From IMG/VR virus record IMGVR_UViG_3300036961_000217: a DNA stretch of 64,000 nt; one strand, 5' to 3'. The first letter of the stretch is position 1, and each line of letters opens with the position of its first letter. The translations under genes were made by a program, and so were the position numbers. Shown here one piece after another: positions 50,078 through 58,498 of the stretch. The notes beneath the pieces were generated by a model. The model was not told where the DNA came from. It did no database searches and was given only the letters and a program-made list of their open reading frames with translations. The DNA is from an uncultured virus (IMG/VR IMGVR_UViG_3300036961_000217). Lineage: Duplodnaviria > Heunggongvirae > Uroviricota > Caudoviricetes.

Positions 50078-50236
50078 ATGATTCGCTACGCCCTCGCTCT
50101 GCTCTTTGTTGTAACTGCCAATTTACAATATCCAGCTACTTCAAAGTCAGGGATGTATTATCTGACGTTTACATTGACGCTAGATACCGGAGCAACGATG
50201 GAATTTGACTTTAATCGTGTCAAGGTAAAGGACTAA
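50078..50236 (+). pseudogene. 52-aa chimera of a GC-rich hydrophobic start and an AT-rich C-terminus
   Basis: MIRYALALLFV + VTANLQYPATSKSGMYYLTFTLTL...FNRVKVKD. Confidence 0.4.
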
Positions 50237-50240
50237 TAAA

Positions 50241-51080
50241 ATGGCCTTGGTCGATCTTGATGATCTCATAAGTTATATGGATTCTCCTGGAGTAGAAGAC
50301 GATCCTAATCTGGAAACTATTCAAGCAGCTATTGAAGACCAGATTAGCAAGTATTGTCGTAGAACATTTGAATCTACGGCATATACTCTTGAAAGATATA
50401 GTGGTGATGGAACTCAACACTTAAGTCTTAAGAACTATCCCGTTATATCTTTGTCCTTATTAAGTATTGGGTCTGATGATATAATTCGTGTTTGCAATAC
50501 AAACACTGGAACATTTGCTTCCATTTCAGTTACATCAACGGGTGTCTCTTTAGACAAAGATGGGACAGCCACTTCTTTGACATTTGCGGCATATACAACT
50601 ATGTCTACTATGGTTGCAGCTATTAATGCAACAAGTGGTTGGTCTGCAACCTTATTGAGTTCTACTTATGATGACTATAAATCTAATTTTTTGCTTAAGA
50701 AATTCGGATTGAATTGTATTGATTCTAACTATGTTTATTTGTCAATTCCAAGTGATCCAGAATATGATTTCGAAGTATTTGAAGATCGCGGAATAATATA
50801 CCGTCATTCTGGTTTCCCGTCTGGAAATCACAATATTTTTGTTACATACACTGCAGGTTATGCGACTATTCCAGATGATCTTCAATTAGCAGCGAAAATC
50901 TTTTGCAAGGATTTTTACAATAAAAATAAAAATGAAGCGATTGGCCTTCAGTCATATCGGATTGGAGATGTTAGCTATTCTTTCAGTGGGAATACAATGA
51001 AAGACAATGCTACGGATTCATTTATCCCGGCAGAAGCCATGGCGATCCTGAATCGGTATCGTAAAAGGTTGGTAAAATGA
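50241..51080 (+). CDS. Head-tail connector (gp6/gp15-like)
   Basis: KYCRRTF, YTAGYATIPDDLQLA, AILNRYR. Confidence 0.85.
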   Translation: MALVDLDDLISYMDSPGVEDDPNLETIQAAIEDQISKYCRRTFESTAYTLERYSGDGTQHLSLKNYPVISLSLLSIGSDDIIRVCNTNTGTFASISVTSTGVSLDKDGTATSLTFAAYTTMSTMVAAINATSGWSATLLSSTYDDYKSNFLLKKFGLNCIDSNYVYLSIPSDPEYDFEVFEDRGIIYRHSGFPSGNHNIFVTYTAGYATIPDDLQLAAKIFCKDFYNKNKNEAIGLQSYRIGDVSYSFSGNTMKDNATDSFIPAEAMAILNRYRKRLVK

Positions 51081-51421
51081 GATTACCCGGACCTAAAACT
51101 ACTATGGCCGTACAAAGAGTCACCGAGACTGCAGATGGTCTTGGTGGTGTTACCGAATCTTGGAGTAACATTGCGAATATTGAGGGTATTCTCTCGGCTG
51201 GAGGAAACACTACAGCCCGTTTTGTCGGTAGAGAAAAGATGATTCATGGAAAATCAACTGTTCTATCTTCATTGATATTTTATTGTGATGTTCCAGAAGG
51301 CATCACGATCACAGAAAAAGATCGAATGTATTACAATAGTATGGCATACGACATCGTGTTTGTTTATAATCCAGGAAATATGAATCATCATCTTGAAATT
51401 TCATTATTTGAGGTTCAGTAA
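51077..51421 (+). CDS. Head closure/adaptor (gp16-like)
   Basis: DGLGG..ESW, ITEKDR, YDI; position. Confidence 0.85.
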   Translation: MRLPGPKTTMAVQRVTETADGLGGVTESWSNIANIEGILSAGGNTTARFVGREKMIHGKSTVLSSLIFYCDVPEGITITEKDRMYYNSMAYDIVFVYNPGNMNHHLEISLFEVQ

Positions 51422-52548
51422 TGCCAAGAATATTGTTTTCAACTATAAATCCATATGAACCTGGGACTGCTCAATGGAAGCAATTTATACAAGGTCTTCG
51501 TGCATATCATGAGGCCAGATCACAACGAGTAGAGCAACGCAAACTTGGCGACAAACTTACAACACAAGAACAAGAAATATATCTTGAAGTTTCTGCTACC
51601 ACCAAGAACAAAAAAACAGAAACTGTTATTAGAAAAAGAGGAGGGGTAGTTCAACCAAGAACATCGACTATCGCCCTTACAGAGAATGTAGAGGCGAAAC
51701 TCCCCATGTTACAAAATCCAAGGAGATTCTCCGTTGGACAAAGAGGTGGCGAAAAAACAGCGGTACCAATATCGTATGAGCCAGGGAAATTTGTTAAACC
51801 AGAAGTTACCTATTTCTTTGACTCTCTTAGACATAAAGCTAGTGAGGCAACTGCTGAAGCATTAAAAGAGATCGGAAAACGAATGGTAACTTCTATAAAG
51901 CAGAGTATGAAACCTGGAAATTATAGGCCATATAGAAGCAGAAGATCGAAAAAGTATCCTGGATTAATAGCCACTAGGAGAATGAAAGAAATAACAGCCA
52001 TGGTTACGCCAGGAAGTAATTTAGAATCATATGGCGCATCCAAAAAAATGGTTCATGAATTGTGGAGAAAAACCTCATCAACAAGGGCATCGAAAATATA
52101 CCCTGCTGGTACAATGTATTCAACTGGATCATTGAAAGATAAGTTTGGAAATAAAATAGGATCTCGTATTCAATATCTTGAAGCTGATACAAGGGGAGGA
52201 ATTCACTATTCAAGTAAACCAGGAAACGCTCCTGCTCCTGATACTGAAACCTTAAAGAATTCTGTGACCTACGATATTGTAGAGATAGCTCGTGGATCTT
52301 ATGAATTAAGACTGATTGCTGACACTAAATATGCTAAAATACTGGAATTGGGAAGCGCAACTAAAAATATTGCTCCCAGACCTTATTTAAGAAGGGCTTT
52401 TGATCGCATAAGGTTTCAACAAGAATTTGCACGGCTTTTTAGAATTAACTGGGAAAAGGGGAAGACGTATTCAACACGAGTTGCATTAGAGAGAAAATTT
52501 TCTGGATTCACTCAAGCATACAATAGAATCTATGGAATGGAATGGTAA
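51421..52548 (+). CDS. HK97 gp10-like tail component with long basic N-terminus
   Basis: SKPGNAPAPDT..LKNS, YAKILELG, APRPYLRRA. Confidence 0.75.
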   Translation: MPRILFSTINPYEPGTAQWKQFIQGLRAYHEARSQRVEQRKLGDKLTTQEQEIYLEVSATTKNKKTETVIRKRGGVVQPRTSTIALTENVEAKLPMLQNPRRFSVGQRGGEKTAVPISYEPGKFVKPEVTYFFDSLRHKASEATAEALKEIGKRMVTSIKQSMKPGNYRPYRSRRSKKYPGLIATRRMKEITAMVTPGSNLESYGASKKMVHELWRKTSSTRASKIYPAGTMYSTGSLKDKFGNKIGSRIQYLEADTRGGIHYSSKPGNAPAPDTETLKNSVTYDIVEIARGSYELRLIADTKYAKILELGSATKNIAPRPYLRRAFDRIRFQQEFARLFRINWEKGKTYSTRVALERKFSGFTQAYNRIYGMEW

Positions 52549-52554
52549 ACACCG

Positions 52555-52965
52555 ATGAAAGTACTCCAAACTGGAATATACAATCTAGTTACTGCTCTTA
52601 GTGAGGGTCTCCATAATGATTTCTACAATGATATTTCCGGTAGATTTTATTTTGGTTACGCACCACAGAATTCGACTTTCCCATTTTGCGTCTACCATAT
52701 AATTAATACTGCATACGATTATGAATTCAGAGAGGAATTCGAAGAGTCAGTGGTTCAATTCAATATATGTCATAAATCACCTTCGTCGTCAACAGTTGGA
52801 GACATACAATCACATCTTCAGACATTGTTTGATTGGTCTTCTCCTACTGTTACCGGATACTCTGTTATCCAAGTCGAAAGAATATTTTCGACTGTTGATT
52901 GGTACGACGATGAAGGTGTTTGGGAAATAATCATTCAATATAAATTCTGGTTAAAGAAGAACTAA
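52555..52965 (+). CDS. Tail terminator (DUF3168-like)
   Basis: APQNSTFPFCVY; position. Confidence 0.8.
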   Translation: MKVLQTGIYNLVTALSEGLHNDFYNDISGRFYFGYAPQNSTFPFCVYHIINTAYDYEFREEFEESVVQFNICHKSPSSSTVGDIQSHLQTLFDWSSPTVTGYSVIQVERIFSTVDWYDDEGVWEIIIQYKFWLKKN

Positions 52966-52968
52966 TTT

Positions 52969-55218
52969 ATGCGAATTCACTTGGGTTGCGGAAATAGTTA
53001 TTTGGAGAACTATCAGAATGTTGAGTTGCCTGAAAATAAGCATCTCAAAGCTGATGTATATGCCGACATACGAACATTAGATTATCCATCTGGTTCTGTA
53101 GGAGAAATCTTTTTAAGTCATGTATTCGAGCATTTTGACCGCCCTACTGCTATCGCATTATTGATTAAATGGAATAGATGGCTAAGGATGCATGGAATTT
53201 TAAGAATAACGGTTCCTGATTTCGAAGAAAACGTTAAGGCATTTTTGACATCTTCATTTGAAGATAGACATAGATTATTAAGACACATATTTGGGTCGCA
53301 TGAAGCTGAATGGGCTGTCCATTGCGATGGTTGGTATTTTGATAAGTTTAAGTATATTTTATATCATTTGGGTTTTGAGCTAGAATATGGAGCTAGAATA
53401 TTAGTACAATCGTCTCCAATGAGGTACGATCTTAACATTGTAGCGAGAAAAGTCTCTGACATTGAAAACTTGGATGAGAGTATCGAATCGATATTACCTC
53501 TTTCTCTATTTGGACAAGAAGAAAAGCTATACGACAATTGGAAAGATAAGATTTTTAGTTTCTTTGGAAAAGTGGAATCAAACGTTGTAGATAGAAGTAG
53601 GACGATCCTATTTTTCAGTAAAGATCGTGCCATGCAGCTTGATTGTGCACTAGGGACACTTTATAAATATTGTGAAGACATTTCCAATACAGATGTAATT
53701 GTTTTATACTTATGTTCCAATCCAGATTATGAAGTACAATATGCTAGATTAGTTGATTTCTATCCAAATGTCAAATTCTATAAAGAGACATCATTTAAAA
53801 ATAATTTGGTATATCTAATAGCGGGATATCAGTATTGTTTATTTTGTGTAGACGACTGTATATTCACAAGACCATTTGTTCTTGATGATATGATCGATAT
53901 TCTTGAATACATGCCAACTGTTATTGGGTTTTCGTTGAGACTTGGAGAAAATATAAAACGATGTTACATGCATGGTGATGCAGAGCAATTCATTCCTAAA
54001 TATGAATGTTGCGGAAAAGGGATTGTTTTTAATTGGACAGAAGGGCAGCATGATTTTGGATATCCTATAGAAGTATCTAGTTCAATATATAGGACGGAAG
54101 ATATCCTAAATATTGTCAATAGATTTCCGATAGAAAATCCCAATATGTTAGAAGTGGTTCTTGATGGCAATAAAGAACTGTTAGATATAAAAAACATGTT
54201 GGCTTGTTATAAACAATCTGTTGCGTTTTGCAATGCGATAAATAAGGTTCAAAATTTAATAGACAATAGAAGTGGAAAGATTTCATCGGAATATTTAGCT
54301 AATGAATTTCATTGTGGAAAGAGAATTAAAATAGACAGGTTTGAAAATATCGATCTTGATTCTCCACATGACGAGATCGAACCTGTTCTTGAAAGGAAAA
54401 ACCTAGTCACTGAAAATCCATTATTGTCGATCATTATTCCAACGTATAATGGAAAAGACAATCTTAGAGAATGTCTAGCTTCAGTTTGTAGGAATACAGA
54501 TCATTCATTTGAAATAATAGTTGTAAATAATGGAACTGAGTATGCAGAATCAACGGTCAATGAAATATCACGTAGAATTCATCTTATAAACAACCAAGAT
54601 AATTTTGGACCCGCTGTCGCAAAAAATCAAGGACTAAGAAAGGCTTCTGGAGAATATATTGTCTTTCTTGATGATGATACCATAGTAACAAGACATTGGG
54701 ATAGTAAATTTTTAGAATATATGGAAAAATTACCTCAAGTTGGAATGATTGGACCAAGATCTAATTGGGCTTCTGGATATCAACTCGTATCTGATTTTAA
54801 TTACTCAAATATTCTTGAGCTTGAAAAATTCTCACAAGACTTTGGGAAATACTCAAAGGGACTGGTTGCATCAATTAGGCTTATTCATTTCTGTCTTTTT
54901 ATGAGAAAAGAAGTTGTCCAGAAAATTGGTGCCATAGATGAAAGTTTCGGTTTATATGGGTATGAAGATGACGATTATTCATTAAGAGCACACATAGCCG
55001 GTTTAAATCCCGCAGTAGCAAAGAATATCTTTATTCATCATACTGGAGGTCCAGTAAAAAACGCAGACAAAGAATACGTAGACAGAATGAATAATGCTTG
55101 GAGTATCTACAAACAAAAATGGGATATTCCAGATCACATTAGTAGAGAAGATGGACCCGATTACATAGAAATAGCGACACAAGAATTTGATTCAAACAAA
55201 CATTACTTGGAATTATAA
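52969..55218 (+). CDS. Methyltransferase-like domain fused to glycosyltransferase domains
   Basis: HLGCG, SHVFEH, VPD; FSKDRAMQL..VDD; SIIIPTYN, FLDDD, GYEDDD. Confidence 0.85.
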   Translation: MRIHLGCGNSYLENYQNVELPENKHLKADVYADIRTLDYPSGSVGEIFLSHVFEHFDRPTAIALLIKWNRWLRMHGILRITVPDFEENVKAFLTSSFEDRHRLLRHIFGSHEAEWAVHCDGWYFDKFKYILYHLGFELEYGARILVQSSPMRYDLNIVARKVSDIENLDESIESILPLSLFGQEEKLYDNWKDKIFSFFGKVESNVVDRSRTILFFSKDRAMQLDCALGTLYKYCEDISNTDVIVLYLCSNPDYEVQYARLVDFYPNVKFYKETSFKNNLVYLIAGYQYCLFCVDDCIFTRPFVLDDMIDILEYMPTVIGFSLRLGENIKRCYMHGDAEQFIPKYECCGKGIVFNWTEGQHDFGYPIEVSSSIYRTEDILNIVNRFPIENPNMLEVVLDGNKELLDIKNMLACYKQSVAFCNAINKVQNLIDNRSGKISSEYLANEFHCGKRIKIDRFENIDLDSPHDEIEPVLERKNLVTENPLLSIIIPTYNGKDNLRECLASVCRNTDHSFEIIVVNNGTEYAESTVNEISRRIHLINNQDNFGPAVAKNQGLRKASGEYIVFLDDDTIVTRHWDSKFLEYMEKLPQVGMIGPRSNWASGYQLVSDFNYSNILELEKFSQDFGKYSKGLVASIRLIHFCLFMRKEVVQKIGAIDESFGLYGYEDDDYSLRAHIAGLNPAVAKNIFIHHTGGPVKNADKEYVDRMNNAWSIYKQKWDIPDHISREDGPDYIEIATQEFDSNKHYLEL

Positions 55219-55226
55219 GAGGCTTT

Positions 55227-55943
55227 ATGAATTTCGATGGAAAACTTGGCATTTGTTTCCCTCTGGTTGATGATCGCTTATTTCGTAGTTTCTTTATTTC
55301 TTGGCTTACACTGATAAAACCAAGTAATTATGAAGTCATCATCCCGGACATAGCGCCAGCAAACTTTCCAGAAAGTCATGCTGCAGTAAGAAACAACATG
55401 GTCAAAAAAGCCCTAGAATGTGATTGTACTGATATCTGGATGGCCGATACAGACCAGATTTATCCAAAGGATACTTTAGTAAAACTCTTTAGTCACAATC
55501 TCCCGGTAGTATGTGGAAAGGTACATAGAAGATATCCTCCATTCGATCCTATTCTCTATCAAAAAACAAAGTGGAAATATAAATTCTTCGATACCCCAAG
55601 AGACAAATGGAAGAATGGAGAACTGATAGAAGTAGAAGCAACTGGTGCAGCATGTATGTTGATACGTTCCGAGGTTTTCGAAAAAGTAGAACAACCTTGG
55701 TTTAGAGTTCTCAGACCAAACAAGCGTAGAGATTACCCTGTTGGCGAGGACGTATATTTTTGGGTAAATGTGAGAAAGGCAGGATATCGTATCTTTGTCG
55801 ATACCTCAATTGAGGTAGGTCACATCGCATCGTTAACCATTAACAAAAATTTCTATGATTTGTATCGATTAGCGGTTGGTCGTGAGGAACCGTTCCTTAC
55901 TGCCGAACCTAAAAAGAAGAAAGGTACAACTAATAACCAATAA
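55227..55943 (+). CDS. GT-A fold glycosyltransferase
   Basis: RN..V, DTD, TGAACMLI, GEDVYF, GH. Confidence 0.85.
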   Translation: MNFDGKLGICFPLVDDRLFRSFFISWLTLIKPSNYEVIIPDIAPANFPESHAAVRNNMVKKALECDCTDIWMADTDQIYPKDTLVKLFSHNLPVVCGKVHRRYPPFDPILYQKTKWKYKFFDTPRDKWKNGELIEVEATGAACMLIRSEVFEKVEQPWFRVLRPNKRRDYPVGEDVYFWVNVRKAGYRIFVDTSIEVGHIASLTINKNFYDLYRLAVGREEPFLTAEPKKKKGTTNNQ

Positions 55944-55978
55944 TTATCTCTAACTTATTGAAATGAAAGGATTTTCTC

Positions 55979-56407
55979 ATGGCAACTTTTTCCGGCAGAA
56001 ATTGTACTGTTCGTATTGGGGATACGGCTGTAGTAGGACAGGGTCGTTGGAATATGGAAGGCGTATCGGTTGATGAAATTGATACCACGGCATTTGGATC
56101 TACCTGGAAGACGTTTGAAGCTGGTATGTCAGATGGTGGGCAGATTACGTTTGATGGCTATTTCGATCCTACCGATACAGCTGGTCAGGTAGCATTAATT
56201 ACAGCCAACCAGGAAGGTACTCATATCACCTCTGGAACAACCTCACTGCGATTCTATTACTCAACAGGGAGTTATTATACTCCTTGCACCACTAATCCAG
56301 ATAGCTTCCTGATGATAACAAATTATTCAGTGTCCGCCGACAAAAGTGATATTTGCAGGGTAAGTTTCACCGCAAAAGTGTCGGGTAAGATGAGCCAGGT
56401 AGGGTAA
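55979..56407 (+). CDS. Tail tube protein
   Basis: EIDTTAFG..WK...G..DGG.ITFDG; position. Confidence 0.85.
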   Translation: MATFSGRNCTVRIGDTAVVGQGRWNMEGVSVDEIDTTAFGSTWKTFEAGMSDGGQITFDGYFDPTDTAGQVALITANQEGTHITSGTTSLRFYYSTGSYYTPCTTNPDSFLMITNYSVSADKSDICRVSFTAKVSGKMSQVG

Positions 56408-56464
56408 GTGGAACTATGTGTAGTTAAATCAACTAGATATTAATAGAAGCAAAATATTTTGATC

Positions 56465-56546
56465 CCTCCAGAAAAAAGTTTGAATGTTAATGGTCTTTTG
56501 TGCTATAATAAGACTGTTAATTGATTTATAAACTTTTTTCTGGAGG
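56465..56546 (+). promoter_or_regulatory. 17-bp inverted repeat covering the RBS, with an internal sigma70-like promoter
   Basis: CCTCCAGAAAAAAGTTT / AAACTTTTTTCTGGAGG; TTGAAT-18-TATAAT with TG extension. Confidence 0.75.
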
Positions 56547-56551
56547 TTTTT

Positions 56552-57646
56552 ATGAAGAGTTCTAAGTTAATTGGCAAGAAGTTTGGGAAGCTCACAATCG
56601 ATAACGCAGGGTCTTTCAATGGAAGGATTATCTGTGATGTTACATGTGAGTGTGGCACTAAAAAGACTGTTTACTGGTCGAATCTATCTAGTGGTGGGAC
56701 GCAGAGTTGTGGTTGTGCCAAAAGAGAGTTGCTAGATAGTCCTCTGATCTTTGTTGGGGCTAGATTTGAAAGATTGGAGATTATCGACATTGTGTTTGAA
56801 AACAATCGTAAGATGTGCGTTGTCAGATGCGATTGTGGAACTGAAAAAAAGGTTCAAACAGGATCATTACTATCTGGCAAGGTCAAAAGTTGTGGTTGTT
56901 TAAAGAAAGAAATGGATCAAAAAAGAATAGTCCCAGTAGAGCTTGGACAGCGATTTGGAAGATTGGTTGTAAGAAGGATAAGACAGATTAAGGGTGAGTT
57001 CTATTGTTATTGTAAATGCGATTGTGGGGAAAATGTTGTAGTGGCCAAAAGTGCTTTGACAAGAAAGGCTAACAACACGCAGAGTTGTGGTTGTTATAGA
57101 GATGACAGAACAAGAGAAACAAGCCGAACACATGGTCTAAGTAAAGAAAGATTGTATAATCTCTGTATTCATGCTAGGATGAGAGTTGTCCAAAATCTTA
57201 GAGGATATGGAGAAGTAGGAATCGAAGAGTCTTGGAAAGATGATATTGAAAAGATGTACTATGATTTGAAACCAATATATGATCGATATGCTAGGAAGTA
57301 TGGGGAAGAAAACATATCAATAGATCGTATTGACAACTCAAAGGGATATTTTAAAGGTAATATTGGATTTACTACCAAAGCTGTTCAATCTGATAATCGT
57401 GGTCCTCGTAACGACCAGAAATGTTTTGAAGCTGTAAATATTGTGACTGGTGAAAAATATTGTTGTAATAATCTACATGAATTTGAAAGAAGATTCGGAG
57501 TGAAAGCTAATAATATTCATAGTGCTATGAATAGAGGTGGCTTTAGCGGTGATTTCCACTTTCGTAGGATAGATACAAATTGTTATCCCGAAGACCAGAA
57601 GAAATTAGAATCTGGATGGCGGCGTTGTTTAAAAGAAATAACTTAA
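56552..57646 (+). CDS. Free-standing HNH-type homing endonuclease
   Basis: Three FGRL..C.CDCG...SCGC repeats; SIDRIDNSKGY. Confidence 0.85.
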   Translation: MKSSKLIGKKFGKLTIDNAGSFNGRIICDVTCECGTKKTVYWSNLSSGGTQSCGCAKRELLDSPLIFVGARFERLEIIDIVFENNRKMCVVRCDCGTEKKVQTGSLLSGKVKSCGCLKKEMDQKRIVPVELGQRFGRLVVRRIRQIKGEFYCYCKCDCGENVVVAKSALTRKANNTQSCGCYRDDRTRETSRTHGLSKERLYNLCIHARMRVVQNLRGYGEVGIEESWKDDIEKMYYDLKPIYDRYARKYGEENISIDRIDNSKGYFKGNIGFTTKAVQSDNRGPRNDQKCFEAVNIVTGEKYCCNNLHEFERRFGVKANNIHSAMNRGGFSGDFHFRRIDTNCYPEDQKKLESGWRRCLKEIT

Positions 57647-57713
57647 CCCTCTAGCCCGAAGGGAAGATACTGGATCTTCCTTATTATAGCAACACTCTTT
57701 AAGGAGCAACAAA

Positions 57714-58160
57714 ATGAGATTCTCTTTATCAAAACTTAATCCTTCAACACGTTTCTATTTTCATGAGAATGGAAACAAAACAGAAAACTGGGTTGAACTT
57801 CGCCTTGCGTCTGATGACGACAACAAGCGATTTTTCAATTCAATTGGGGTAAAAGAAAAAGTAACAAACGTATTTAATCCAAAAACAAGACAGATGGACA
57901 GGCAGACTTTCTTTGACACGAACGATTCACAGCGCGACCAGTTCAACGAGGAAGTATGGGATTTCTCAATTACCGATTGGAATCTTCTTTCCGATGAGGA
58001 CGACGAAGATGGGGAACCTGCAACCATTCCTTGTAACAAGGAAAACAAGATTAAGTTCATGAGGGGATCTCCTCTGTTTGCAACCTGGATTGCCAATTGT
58101 CTTGAGAACTTACGTGAATCATTGGCAGGGGCGGGTGAAGCAGAAACAAAAAACTTCTAG
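57714..58160 (+). CDS. Tail assembly chaperone (G-like)
   Basis: DW.L, IPCNKENK; ends in slippery A AAA AAC. Confidence 0.85.
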   Translation: MRFSLSKLNPSTRFYFHENGNKTENWVELRLASDDDNKRFFNSIGVKEKVTNVFNPKTRQMDRQTFFDTNDSQRDQFNEEVWDFSITDWNLLSDEDDEDGEPATIPCNKENKIKFMRGSPLFATWIANCLENLRESLAGAGEAETKNF

Positions 58161-58498
58161 AGTATGCAGAGGCTTTATCCACTAAACCTGAATGTGAGGG
58201 ATGTAGAGATTTAAAAGCCTTGTATGACAAGCCCGTTCCGTGTGATGAAGACGGAATGTGTGCGTATTTGCCGATTCTAGCGCCTGAGAACTCAGACGCT
58301 ATTTTTGTTTGGAGCATGACACAGGACCAGCTCAGAACTGCAGGAATGGATGGAACCCCATTCGCTCCTGATCACAATGCAGTTTGGACTTTCATGGATA
58401 AGTTTGAAATAGAGTATCAGCAAGAGACGTTTCAGAAAGTAATCTTATTATTCTCCCATTTTCTTAGAAAAATGCATGAGGGAAAAAAGAATGGCTGA
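58154..58498 (+). CDS. -1 frameshift extension of the chaperone (GT-like)
   Basis: Open -1 frame from the slippery site into the 58220 ORF. Confidence 0.75.
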   Translation, partial: LLEYAEALSTKPECEGCRDLKALYDKPVPCDEDGMCAYLPILAPENSDAIFVWSMTQDQLRTAGMDGTPFAPDHNAVWTFMDKFEIEYQQETFQKVILLFSHFLRKMHEGKKNG

